From NCBI GenBank assembly GCA_951406725.2, contig OX597838.1, forward strand, positions 10,912,001-10,976,000: a stretch of 64,000 nucleotides of DNA. Direction: 5' to 3'. Of this stretch, positions 11,545 to 24,507 are shown one piece after another. The DNA comes from Octopus vulgaris (Eukaryota). The notes under the pieces were generated by a model. It did no database searches and had not been told where the DNA came from. It was given only the letters and a program-made list of their open reading frames with translations. Position 1 is the stretch's first letter. The number at the start of each line of letters is the position of its first letter. Made by a program: the position numbers and the translations under genes.

Positions 11545-12141
11545 CCCTTTAGCATTCACATCATTCTGCCAAATGTAATGCTTATTTGGATCTTTTCGGT
11601 TTGAACGGCAGTTTTTTCTGGCGGTGTCATATGAATTTGTCACCCATAATTATGACCCTAGTATCGATCTATTGCATTTCAATCTGTTTTAGGGTTAGTT
11701 AGGGTTAGGGGTAGGAGAAGGGTATCTTTTTTTCTTCAAAAATGTAAATAAACCCAATCTGTTTCTTAAACGAGGGACATATTCATACGGCACAGAATGA
11801 TTTTTACCTTAATAGACATAATTGATTGGTTGAAACGGCAGAAATTGAAGAAAAAAAAAACAACGAATATCTTACAAACTACAGAATTTTCTCAAGAAAG
11901 CCAAGAGAAAAAGATGTTTTATAAACACATTCTACCAGTATACGAAGTTTAAAAGTGTTTAGTTACGTGGAAATTATTTTAAAAAACTGCCGGTCAAACC
12001 GAAAAGATCCGTTTATTTATTAATGTTTTCAATTCATCATGCATTGTTATCTTTAGACTGACATTGTAGGGTAAGAGTGAGAGGTCAGATATGGGTTATT
12101 CGAACATAAAAACAAGTAAAATATTTGGACTGGTTTAAATG
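11545..12141. mobile_element. piggyBac-like MITE interrupted by a nested insertion
   Basis: TTAA|CCCTTTAGCATT start; body resumes after 12010. Confidence 0.7.
11588..12010. mobile_element. GG...CC-ended MITE (Merlin-like) with internal TTAGGG-like tract
   Basis: TIRs GGATCTTTTCGGTTTGAACGGCAGTTTTTT / AAAAAACTGCCGGTCAAACCGAAAAGATCC; 8-bp TSD gcttattt/gtttattt; the TIR recurs at 62199-62222. Confidence 0.75.
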
Positions 12142-12902
12142 TTAACCGATCACTTCACCATTCAGCCAATGTGTGCCATTTATTGGTGTTTACTTTGTTG
12201 CAAGAATTCTGACAAGTTTACCCAGTAAAAGGATAACAGTCTTTCATTCATCCACCCCTTTTGGTGAGGAGCCTGAAAATAACCACAGGCACTGGCATTC
12301 CTTGTGTGACAAAGCAAAACAACAGCAAAAAAACTGGTACTTCTTGTCTATTGACATGTCAAATACATACAAGATACACAGAGGCAGTCAACTATTTCTC
12401 CTGCATAAATTAGCCTCTATGTCTTTAAATGTCCAAGTATTGTCTGGCTTATCTGTGAATTTGATGTAGGTTTATCTAAGACTAAAAACTGCTCAAATAA
12501 CAAATATTGGCAATATTCTAACTTGTAGATTTGTCAAACCTGCCTCTTTAAAATTATATACACATATACATATATATATATATAAAAATAAGCAACAAGA
12601 ATGAATCCGGTTGCTTATTTTTGATTATAATGAATCTTGTTGCTTATTTTTGATTATAATCACCCCACATATTTTTATGGGTAACACCATACAAAATTCT
12701 GGTGCATCTAAATTAAGTACCATATTCATTTCTAAATTTTTGCTACCTATATTTATTAATTAATAAATATATATATATGTTGCTGATGATATATATATAT
12801 ATATATATATATATACGCCAGTTAAATAAGGGTAGAAATTGATATATAATCAATTAAAACCAGTGGTCTAGCATTTTTTTTTTCTAATTTTTAATCTTCG
12901 GA

Positions 12903-12935
<33 letters not shown>

Positions 12936-13289
12936 TAACATAGTCTCACTATGCCTAAGTGTAACACTTATATATATGCATGAAATCATAAAATTTATTA
13001 GTTACAAGTTAGGTAAATATATATTAAGCCATATAGATAGGGTGACATAAGGCAACAAGTTGTAGAGAAATTGAAACATATACAAACCAGCAGGTAAACA
13101 GATCAGCTCTTACGAATTAGATAAACAGGTGGATAAAACAGGTAGTTTAGAAAGATGGACAGACGAGGGAACAGAAGATATATGGCCAAATAAACAGGTA
13201 GATAGACACACATACATACATACATGCATACATACACTAAGACGTAGCGGGAGAGAGAGAGAGAGAGGGGGGGTAATTAACTAGGCAGA

Positions 13290-13685
13290 CTGGTAAATAC
13301 CTTGTAAGACAGACAATCAGCCATACAGACAAAAGCTAAACGGTGACAGAAGCACCCAACAATAAATTTTGACTGCCAGTAATTATGTGCGCGTTTGTAT
13401 GTGTGTACGTACACGTATACGTATGTGCGTGCGCACGCATACGTACGTACGTACAGACGAGCGTACGTACGTATTTATGTACATAACATTATGTGGGGGA
13501 GAAATAGGTAGTTCTTCGATAACACGTGCGAGCACGAGGGTTGTTGGTATGGTGAAATGGGAGGCGGAGGAGGGGAAGGGGGGAAGAAGCAAACACAGCT
13601 GATGGTGGGAGGAGGAAGGTAAAACAGAAAGGATTCGCGTGCGCGACGGAGCGAGCGAGCGAGCGAGAGAGAGAGACACACACAC

Positions 13686-13732
<47 letters not shown>

Positions 13733-13925
13733 TGGCTTAAGTGGCGAATGTACGACAAAGAACAAAAGGTATGACTTGCAGGTGACGGTGACGACGACGG
13801 CGTCGTCTGGAGTGCACGTGCGATGGTCAATGACAAGCGGAGTGTGAGTGATGACGAGTGGGAGGGAGGGAGATTGGGGGTGGGGGGGAGGGAGGCGGAG
13901 GTGGGGGGAGAGCGATTAAGTCAGT

Positions 13926-13960
<35 letters not shown>
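13290..13960. promoter_or_regulatory. CpG-rich, GA-repeat-containing promoter-like region (candidate)
   Basis: Abrupt rise in CpG after about 13.2 kb; G-rich and (GA)n tracts; possible minus-strand donor AAG|GTATTT at 13300. Confidence 0.3.
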
Positions 13961-13963
<3 letters not shown>

Positions 13964-14159
13964 CACATGATAGCGATTTGTGTGTTACTAACAGGATGTC
14001 ACTTTGGAGATCCGATAAGGTAGATAGATAGAGAGATAGAGAGATGGCAAAGTAGGAGAGGCATGTTGGTAGGGAAGAGAGAGAGAGAGAGAGAGAGGGG
14101 GGAGGGAGAGGGGGGAGGGAGAGAGAGAGAGAGAGAAGTGGAAAGTGATGAATAATATA

Positions 14160-14238
14160 TTCGTGTCTGTTTTATATATGTGTATATATATAGAGAGAGA
14201 GAGACACACACACATGCATACATATACACGTGTGTGAG

Positions 14239-14272
<34 letters not shown>

Positions 14273-14562
14273 AATATACATACGCACATATACATACATT
14301 ATAATACAATATATATATATATACATTAATAAAACATATACATAAATACACACACACATATATATATATAAATACACACACACACATATATATATATATA
14401 CACACACACACACATATGCATACGTGTGTTCTGTTGTCTGGGGAGGGTCATTTTCGTTTTGTGTCTTATAATTTAACACACACACCGGTAGAATATGCTT
14501 CAGCACACGAACTCACATAAAGAATCTTGCAAACCACATCTAAAAACGAAGTACATACGTGT

Positions 14563-14593
<31 letters not shown>

Positions 14594-14760
14594 CGTAAAT
14601 ACATACATATAAATATATATATATATACATACATATATATGTACACACAAATATAAATATATATATGTGTACACACACACACATAAATATATATATATAT
14701 ACACACATATATACATGTATATATACATACATACATACATACATACATACATGTGCGTGC
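14160..14760. repeat. (TA)/(CA)/(CATA) compound microsatellite
   Basis: Direct reading. Confidence 0.9.
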
Positions 14761-15384
14761 AAACATATGTACGTTTTGTCTTCCTGTTGCCTTCACCACC
14801 GCCATAATCACAAGTCACCATAATCATTCATCGATATTGTGACAAAAACGTTTCGAGTGATTGGCCCCTACCCTTAAGTAGTATGCGTCTGTAAGGTCAG
14901 GGTAATCCTGGATCTGGTGGGGTCCCTTGATCTGACCCCAGTTTTGAATTTCTTCTGGATCAGGAGGGCGGTATCATTCATTTTATCACATATTTCGTAT
15001 GCTATGTATTATATACTTTTATCGCATTTCACTGTCTTTCGCCCCAATTTGTCTGTCCTTGTGATGTTCCACCTCATCTATACCCCAGTAGAGGTCGACT
15101 TTGCCTTTCGTCTTTTCGGGATTCGATAAAATAAGTACCAGTTGTGAACTGGGGTCAATGAATTCGACTATTCCCTCGCCCAAATTTCAGGCCTTGTGCC
15201 TATAGTAGAAAGGATTATTATTATTATTTATTATTAATATTCTTTCTTTATTTTATTGTATACCGTGAATACTTTCAAATTTTTGCTAAAAATCATTTCA
15301 CATTATATGTAAATCACCCACACTTAATGTCTGTCTTTGTGTATCGGTCCCCATTAATCCTTCGTTCTGGTAGTAAAATACAAG

Positions 15385-15595
15385 AAGGCAGAGTCTTCAC
15401 GAAATAAATGCTTAGCGCTATTTCGCTCGTCTCTGCGTCCTGGGTTCAAATTCTTCAGAGGGTTGACTTTGCCTTTCATCCTTTCGGGAGTCGATAATAT
15501 ATGTGTACCAGTGAAACACAGGGGTCGATGTAATCGACTAGTCACCCTCCCCAACAAATTTCAAGTCCTGTGACTATAGTAGAAAAGATTATTAT
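15385..15595 (+). mobile_element. SINE family A with old tail ending in (ATT)n
   Basis: gggttcaaattc, gactttgcctttcatcc, caaatttcaagtcctgtgactatagtagaaaagattatt; another partial copy at 15090-15230. Confidence 0.75.
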
Positions 15596-15600
15596 CATCA

Positions 15601-15660
<60 letters not shown>

Positions 15661-15662
<2 letters not shown>

Positions 15663-15790
15663 TGATGTTACACTGTTTTTACACGATTTTTTCACAAACG
15701 GACAAAACCCTTTGTAACATTTCGTCCGGTTTTGTCCCTTTATTTTCTAATCGTATTTTGTCAGCCCTTTGTGGCCAATAAAAAGAATGA
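15661..15790 (+). mobile_element. Tx1-like LINE 3' end embedded in (ATT)n
   Basis: agccctttgtggccaataaaaagaa matches the 3' end of the Tx1 element at 18018; ATT repeats on both sides. Confidence 0.6.
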
Positions 15791-15962
15791 ATTATTATCA
15801 TCATTATCATTATTATCATTATTATTATTATTATCATTATCATCATTATTATTATCATCATTATTATTATTATTATTATCATTATCATCATTATTATTAT
15901 TATCATTATTATCATCATTATTATTATTATCATTATTATTATCATTATTATTATCATCATTA

Positions 15963-16008
<46 letters not shown>

Positions 16009-16120
16009 CATCATTATTATCATTATTATTGTTATAATTATTATCATTATTATCATTATCATTATTATTATCATTATTATCATTATCATTATTATTATTA
16101 TCATTATCATTATTATTATC
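15791..16120. repeat. (ATT/ATC)n microsatellite
   Basis: Direct reading. Confidence 0.95.
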
Positions 16121-16514
16121 GGGGTCAATTTTGCCTGTCATTTTTTTTTCATCCTGTCCCCTGCTCTCCGTATGGGTGGGTGTGGGTTCAGCAAAGCCAA
16201 GCTCCTGCGCTGAAAATGGTGTCAACCGAGTTAATAAAATATTCTCACCTTCCCCCCCCCCCGCTACCATCACCACCACCACCACCACCGCTACTGCTGC
16301 TGCTCGACTCTACTCTACTCCCACCACCACCAGCACAAATCGAACCTTGTAGTCAAACGAAATCATTAATAAAACATTGACATGAAAGTAGCAGCAGTAG
16401 TCGTAGTAGCAGCAGTAGTCGCGGTGGTGGTGGTGGTGGTGGTGGCGGTGGTGGAGGCAAAACGGGCGAAATGAATAACAATTATTATATTGGAACATTT
16501 AGTCAGAGAAAACA

Positions 16515-16567
<53 letters not shown>

Positions 16568-16649
16568 GGGGTGGTGGTCACGGTTGGAACGCCTGCGATT
16601 TACAGGTCTCACTCGAAACTACATGCACAATACAGCTGGGCGACACATG

Positions 16650-17130
16650 CACACATACATACGTATATATACACACACATACGTATACACGCACATATAT
16701 ACACACATAAATATATACATACATATGTATATATACGTACACATATATACACACGTATAAATATATACATATGTATATATACATATGCACACGTACACAC
16801 ACACACATATACACACGTATAATTATATATATATGTATATATACATATGCATACGTACACACACATATACACACGTATAAATATATACATATGTATATAT
16901 ACATATACACACGCACACACACACATATACACACGTATAAATATATACATATGTATATATACATACGCACACGTACACACACATATACACACGTATAAAT
17001 ATATACATATGTATATATACATACGCACACGTACACACATAAATATATACATATGTATATATACATACGCACACGTACACACATAAAATTTATACATATG
17101 TATATATACATATACACACGTATATGTATA
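16650..17130. repeat. ~60-bp TA/CA-derived minisatellite
   Basis: Unit acacatatacacacgtataaatatatacatatgtatatatacata.gcacacgt repeated several times. Confidence 0.85.
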
Positions 17131-17659
17131 GTTGAAATTTATAGAGAAAACAAAAGACGAAGACAGGTGTATAAACAAGCAAGTGTTTTAGTTCGACGCA
17201 TACATATATATACATATATACACACACAAACGCATACACATTCAAATAGACACTTATGTATATGCACGTACGTGCGCGTGCACACGCAACAACGACTCCG
17301 TCGCATAGAAATACATACACGCGTATGCACAAAAGCAAAGCCGTATACGCACATACATACACACACATGTGCAAACCAGATGTGCATTCGCATGCAAACA
17401 CTTAATGGCAGGTGCACATCTATCCACTATGCATTCCGACATAAGTGTATGACGGGTGCATGTGAAATAAATGGAGACATGCTGCACAATTACAAATCGC
17501 TGCATATGGTTTATTATACGAATTAAAATACACCAGCACACATACACACATAAATGCACACACACACACTCATATTTAATAGCATGTGTATGCATCGCAT
17601 GAATAATTATTGTATATAACCACATATCCAAATAACAACAACAACAATAATAATAATAA

Positions 17660-17920
17660 TAAGCCTTTCTACTATAAGCACAAGGTCTGAAATTGGGGGA
17701 GGGTGGATAGTCGATTACATCGACCCCAGTACTCAGTTGGTACTTATTTCATCGACCCCGAAAGGATGAAAAGCAAAGTCGACCTCAGCGGAATTTGAAC
17801 TCGGTTCACAATGACGGACGAAATACTTGTTTCGGGGCTGAACACAGAGAGGACAAACAAGGACAGACAAACGGATTAAGTCGATTATATCGACCCCAGT
17901 GCGTAACTGGTACTTAATTG
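17660..17920 (-). mobile_element. SINE family A: truncated young-tail unit joined to an old-tail unit
   Basis: Junction at ..aagtatttcgtc on the minus strand; flanked by AAT runs. Confidence 0.8.
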
Positions 17921-17963
17921 ATTATTATTATTATTATTAATAATAATAATAATAATAATAATG

Positions 17964-18004
<41 letters not shown>

Positions 18005-18017
18005 TGATAATAATAAA

Positions 18018-20508
18018 TTCCTTTTATTGGCCACAAGGGCTTACATGAAAATAACACAAGACATAACAGGACGATACAGCGGGTTTTAAAAACGTGTAAA
18101 CAAAAATAAAATTAAATAAAACTCCCAATAGGGGCAGGCGCTTTAAGGCTACTCGTTGAAAAAACCCCACAAAAGCCTAGGTGCCTAACCAACGGGACAA
18201 GAGCCCTTTTTTTATATTTTATAGGCACATGCTCAAAATAGGTCCTTTCACACTGGCCATTTTCCCGACATTCACCCACCTTTCAGCAAATCACCCTCAC
18301 TTTCCTTTTCAAGTGAAACTTGAAAAGTTGTCGAGGGCTTGGCCAAAGAGGAAAGTGTCTGTCTTTAGCCCTTTCAAACGTATCTACCACACTACCTCTT
18401 TCGCTACAGCCACCAGAAAAATAAAAATTGCCTGCCCCACTCGGCCAAAGGAGGGCTGCGAGACAATTTTCACTATGGATTCAGCTGATAGCCGGATCCG
18501 TCCTACATGCAACAGTTCGACATAAACCCACAGGTCAGCAATGCTCGGGTACTGGACGAGTGCGTGCAGAAAGGTCTCGTCGCTCTGCGCGCATCTTCGA
18601 CAGGATCGGCTGACGACACTTCTATGCCTGTAGAGTTTATAGCGAACGGGCAGCGCCCCACCCCCACCGGTAGTACTGCCAAGTGAGGGATTTCTGGAAG
18701 TTATCTATAGGCCCGTCCCCACCCCGAAACTTCTCCGGAACAGATCGGTGAGTTGATCCTCATCGACACCCAGAGTTTCCCCGAGAACGTCGTCACACCT
18801 TTCTTCCACTAACCCTCTATAGAACGCTAGAGTTGAACTACCACCGATCGCATTGCCCGCCTGGCGGAGGACTGTGTGCGCTTGATGGCACTCGAGGTGC
18901 CAAGCGCCTCTCCTCGGTCTACGCCTAATCTAAGATTGCAGGTCAGTCAAAGAGAAGTGCTGTGGGAGAGCGAGTCTAACAAACGGTGACCTCACCTGCT
19001 CACCGTCAAGAAACGCTGGAGATGTCGCAGCCTGAGCGCATCTGTTGACAGCAGATGGAGCACCTTACCAGCGGGACGCAACCCCTCCACAGAAAGAGAA
19101 AGAGTATGCGGACCAGCTTGTTCAGCCAACATAAAGAGCAAGGGATGACGGTCAAGTGGTAATAGATTGATGGATGTGATGTACGCATTCGCCACCTCGG
19201 CTCGACCTTTCAGAGACAGCTTCTTCTCGGCCCATTTCTGAGTGAGATTGGCCACCCTGTTCGTCACCAGTTTTTCTCCACCTGGAGGTCTGGACCGAAT
19301 CAGACTCCGAGCAATTTAACCGGATCGCCTGATCAGCGCCTCATGACGCTATTTGACGGCATGGACTTGCTCTTCCAGGTGCCGAGTTGCAAACCCACTG
19401 ATTTTTCTGCGTTAAATTTTGCTCATGTCACCGCCTCATAGATTTTAGTGTGTCGTCAATGAGGTTAATGTGTCTGTGGATCGACACTATGACGGTGACA
19501 TCATCGGCATAAGCAGACAAGCTTCTCTCACGTCCTACATCATGCGGAATGCCCCTCAATGCCTCCATCTTCCGGGACAACAGTGGATCAAGAGTCGGTA
19601 CGTACAGAAGGGAAGAGAGAGGGTACCCTTGACGGACTGAGCGCAAGATACCGAATGGTTCTGACAGGTGACCATTCACCCGAACTACCGGGCTGATCCA
19701 ACGGCGGAAAACTGGACCGGAACCGGTTGCCGCGAGAACAGCCGCAAAGTATTGGTAGGTGACCCTATCGAAGGCTTTAGATTGATCTAAATTTATCAGA
19801 GCCCCACCCATGCCAGCTTCGTTACCTACCCACTCTATGATGTAGTGCAAGAGGTGGAGGTTGTCGCGAATAGTCCTGGTTGGAATGGCGCATATTTGTG
19901 CATTGCCAATCAGCTTATTCAAGACAAGCGCCAACCTTTTTGCTAACACCTTGGCCAAAATCTTCAGCTCTGCATTGAGAAGAGTGATGGGCCTGAAATT
20001 CTCTATAACGTTCCCCTTGTTTGGGTCCTTTTTCAGCAGTGCCACCGCCCCTCGACAAACAAAAGCTGGAATTCTCCCATTGTGTTGCCAGTTGCGGTAG
20101 ACGTCTGCTAAGAGGTTCGAAAACAACTCTAGCATAGAAATATAAAGCTCGTAGGGCAGATCATCCAAACACGGCGATCTGCTTCTCGCGCAGCCCTTCA
20201 TCGCTTCCTGTATTTCCGAGGCTATTATCGGCCTTTCGCAGCGCTCCACCTCGCTCGTCGAGCGTGTTGGCACGCCGTCCCGGTAGATACCGAAGTCTGC
20301 CCTATTATCCGTCCTACCACTCGAACCGACGGTCGAGCAAAGTGCTGCTCAACTGCCGCATATATCTGCTTCGGTTCAGACATCTCGCACCCGTTCTGGT
20401 CCACCAAAGACCGAATGGTGGCTTGGTTGCCACATTTTTCCTTCGCCACTCGGGCCCATTGAGTGGCTTTCGTTCCCTCTCCGCTTAGTGAACGTGCCTT
20501 AGCTCTTT
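18018..20508 (-). mobile_element. 5'-truncated Tx1 (L1-clade) non-LTR retrotransposon, decayed
   Basis: RT ORF; LSLKGRAEVANAY; CRRCAQSDETFLHA zinc-knuckle region; 3' end gcccttgtggccAATAAAagg abutting (ATT)n. Confidence 0.9.
19428..20273 (-). pseudogene. Tx1-type reverse transcriptase fragment
   Basis: NFRPITLLNAELKILAKVLAKRL, INLDQSKAFDRV, VRQGYPLS, SAYADDVT; frameshifts on both sides. Confidence 0.9.
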
Positions 20509-21089
20509 GTGTGTGTGTGTCCCCCAACTATCGCTTGACAACCGATGGTGGTGTGTTTATGTCCCCCGTAACTTAGCGGTTCGGCAAAAGATACCGATAG
20601 AATAAGTACCAGGCTTACAAAGAATAAGTCCTGGGGTCGATTTGCTCCTCTAAAGGCGGTGCTCCAGCATGGCCGCAGTCAAAATGATTGAAACAAGTAA
20701 AAGAATATATATACATATACGCACACACACACACATATACATACATACACACATATATGTACACACACATACACACAGAAGTTAACTTGTCAGTCGATAC
20801 TGACAGATGCACACATACACGATGGTCACAATCGGAACGCCTCAAAGAGTGTATGCGCGCGCGTTCTTTTTAATAAATTGTTGCAAACAACAGCAAAAAT
20901 GATTCTCGCTATTTTGCCGAAATATAAAATTTGACAAAAGGTTCCAACACGAAACTGCAGAACCTTCAGTCACTGATGGTGCTTTCAGTATCCATGAATA
21001 ATGTAAACACCTTTGTGCTTTTAAGTTCTATTTCTCCAGCTGTTTGGATAACCGAGCCTAACCTCTCTCTCTCCAACACACAAACACCT

Positions 21090-21505
21090 ACTCTTTTACT
21101 TGTTTCAGTCATTTGACTGCGGCCATGCTGGAGCACCGCCTTTAATCGAGCAACTCGACCCCGGGACTTATTCTTTGTAAGCCCAGTACTTATTCTATCG
21201 GTCTCTTTTTACCGAACCGCTAAGTGACGGGGACGTAAACACACCAGCATCGGTTGTCAAGCAATGCTAGGGGGACAAACACAGGCACACAAACATACAC
21301 ACACATACATACATATATATACATATATATATATATACATATATACGACGGGCTTCTTTCAGTTTCCGTCTACCAAATCCACTCACAAGGCTTTGGTCGG
21401 CCCGAGGCTATAGTAGAAGACACTTGCCCAAGGTGCCACGCAGTGGGACTGAAACCGGAACCATGTGGTTGGTAAACAAGCTACTTACCACACAGCCACT
21501 CCTGC
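21090..21505 (-). mobile_element. SINE family B
   Basis: Full-length match to the family; a plus-strand 3' half lies at 20510-20705. Confidence 0.9.
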
Positions 21506-21795
21506 TTAGACCTATATATATATATATATTACGAGCACAAATAACTAAACGTTTTAATCCTTCTACACTTTCCAATCTTCATACGTCTACACAACTACAT
21601 GCAATAACGTATTTATTTAATTATACATATACGAAGGTGTGTGTGTGTGTATGTGTGTGAGTGAGAGAGAGAAAGAGAGAGAGAGAGGCAGACATACAGA
21701 GAACATTCAAATATTCGTATACAAAAAAAAAAGAGCATATCTTGAAAAGAAGAAAAACAATAAACCTCAAAAGCTTATGTAGTGGTAGCAGCAGC

Positions 21796-21856
<61 letters not shown>

Positions 21857-21989
21857 ATAGATTAATTAAAAAACAGTCAGATATTTCCAATATTTCTAAA
21901 TAATCGATTTTGCACCTTGATTTTGCACCAGTAAATTCTATCAAAAACCAGAAGTGATTATTAAAAATAAAAAAAAAATTACATTAATA

Positions 21990-22134
21990 GATAATAATAA
22001 TAATAATAATAGTAATAACAATAATGATAATAATAATGATAATAATAATAATAATAATGATAATAATAAAAAAAAAAATAATAATGATAATAATAATAAT
22101 AATAGTAATAGTAATAATAATAATGATAATAATG

Positions 22135-22165
<31 letters not shown>

Positions 22166-22206
22166 TAATAATAATAATGATAATAATAATAATGATGATG
22201 ATAATG

Positions 22207-22259
<53 letters not shown>

Positions 22260-22322
22260 CATCATCATCATCATCATAATGATAATAATGATGATAATGA
22301 TGATGATGATGATGATAATAAT
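21990..22322. repeat. (AAT/GAT)n microsatellite
   Basis: Direct reading; (AGT)n at 21790-21855 nearby. Confidence 0.95.
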
Positions 22323-22770
22323 CTTTGCTACTGGTGGCACAAGGCCTCATATTTGTGGGGGAGGGCGGACTAGTCGATGATATCGACCTCAGTGTTTCAC
22401 TGGTACTGAATTTATCGATTCCGAAAAGGATGAAAGGCTAAGTCGACCTCGGCGGGATTTGAACTCAGAGCGAAATAGCACTATGGGCGAAATAGCACTA
22501 AGCATAAAGTTAATAGAGCAGATATTGTTTACTGATTGAAATGAGGACGTACCCTGTGACCATAATAATAATAATCTCGGCAAAAGAATTTGATAAGATC
22601 AGAAAATATAAAGATTTTGCTGATTGAAATCGATTGTTAGGCGCACGTGGAATGATCAAAAAACGGAACTGAAAATTATTTAAGAATGAGTCCCTGGCTT
22701 ACCATCCATGAAGGAAGTGCAAAAAGATTATCTTAACTGGTACATCACAGGTAGAAGAGCATAAGGGGAC

Positions 22771-23362
22771 AAGCTGGCAGAATCGTTAGCAAGCCGGGCC
22801 GGTATTTCGTCTGCCGTTACGTTCTGAGTTCAAATTCCGCCGAGGTCGACTTTGCCTTTCATCCTTTCGGGGTCGATTAAATAAGTACCAGTTACGCACT
22901 GGGGATCGATATAATCGACTAAATCCGTTTGTCTGTCCTTGTTTGTCCTCTCTGTGTTTAGCCCCTTGTGGGTAGTAAATAAATAGGTATTTCGTCTGCC
23001 GTTACGTTCTGAGTTCAAATTCCGCCGAGGTCGACTTTGCCTTTCATCCTTTCGGGGTCGATTAAATAAATAAGTACCAGTTACGCACTGGGGATCGATA
23101 TAATCGACTTAATCCGTTTGTCTGTCCTTGTTTGTCCTCTCTGTGTTTAGCCCCTTGTAGGTAGTAAAGAAATAGGTATTTCGTCTGCCGCTACGTTCTG
23201 AGTTCAAATTCCGCCGAGGTCGACTTTGCCTTTCATCCTTTCGGGGTCGATTAAATAAGTATCAGTTACGCACTGGGGTCGATATAATCGACTTAATACC
23301 TATATATGTCTGTCCTTGTTTGTCCCCTCTGTGTTTAGCCCCTTGTGGGTAGTAAAGAAATA
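22771..23362 (+). mobile_element. SINE family A trimer
   Basis: Units start at ggtatt 22801, 22986 and 23175 (185-189 bp period); flanks ggtagaagagcat / ggtatgagaagagcat. Confidence 0.9.
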
Positions 23363-24144
23363 GGTATGAGAAGAGCATTGTCGCTTGGAATTTTCTTTCC
23401 CCTTTTTCCCCTTATTTTCTTTGTTTAGTTTTCTTTCGGTTTTTTCTTTTATTCTTTTTCTCGGTTTTTCTTCCCCCCTGTTCTCTATCACATGACTTTG
23501 TAAACGAACAATGCGGTGTCTTTATTTCAATGGCCTATCAATGAATACAGAGTTTCTCTGCCCCAGGTGTCACGAAGACACTCGGCAAGAAATAGAAACA
23601 ATTGAAAAAAAGATGATTTTTTAAAATTATTATTATTATTATTTATTTTTTTATTTTATCTAGTTTCAGCTCACGAGCTGTGGCCATGCTGGGGCACCGC
23701 CATGATAATGATAAAAATAACAACAACAAAATAAACAAATAAAGCAAAAACAAATTCTAACTGCAATATTGAGTTTTGCATGCTGTTTGGTTTGTTGCAA
23801 ACAATATCATTTGTTGCTTAAATAGACAGGCGTAGGATCAAATGCTTTCTATCCGTGACCATTACGCCTTTTTCAAATATAGATCATATCTAAAATTACA
23901 ATATTCAATATTTTTTCTTTCATCTTTCTTCATATATACACACATACATAAATTCATGTTCTTTTTTGGAACGGTGAAAACTCGAAGTAGATAAAGCTAT
24001 AAATAATAGCGTGCAAATATTGCGTTAAGAAAAAAACCCTTTGAATTAGAAAAAAGGCGAAGGCAACACATACATAAATAACTACACACACAAATTTAAA
24101 TATATATGTGTGTGTATGTGTGTGTGCGTGTGTGTATGTGTATG

Positions 24145-24188
<44 letters not shown>

Positions 24189-24386
24189 GAGGGAGGGATT
24201 TAGGTGCTATTTCTAGCATGTGGAGCAACCACATAAATGCCTCCCTCGTCTAGGTAGTTGTTGATCCGATTGGTTATTTAGCGCGATGACCAAGGGTGTT
24301 ATGGTTCAGGGTCTAACCACCCGATGATCGTTGGATACCGTCTGATGACATCAAATCCTCCAAATATGAGTATATGTATTATTTTT

Positions 24387-24475
24387 ATTAATATTCAGCA
24401 GAAGTGACCGAGTGACTCGAGATCCGAGAGTTTCGTGCGTTGACGGGTCATTCAGTTACTTCTGCTAAATATTAA
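24387..24475 (-). mobile_element. Small fold-back element with the 3' half of a hammerhead
   Basis: Arms attaatattcagcagaagtgaccgagtgactcg / cgggtcattcagttacttctgctaaatattaat; minus strand reads GAAACTC-tcggatctc-GAGTC. Confidence 0.55.
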
Positions 24476-24507
24476 TTATTTATTATATATAAGCGCTATT
24501 ATATATA

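Noticed and set aside
11688-11715. TTAGGG repeats as a telomere or fusion scar
   Set aside because: Short, imperfect and internal to a MITE.
15679-16380. Long poly-Ile/Asn/Tyr ORFs
   Set aside because: Translations of (ATT/ATC)n; the same applies to 21941-22380.
19428-20273. Active retrotransposon or bacterial retron/DGR RT
   Set aside because: L1/Tx1-type motifs; 5'-truncated, no endonuclease, frameshifted.
22771-23362. Regularly spaced direct repeats resembling a CRISPR array
   Set aside because: Whole 185-bp units repeat with no unique spacers; these are SINE tandems in a eukaryote.
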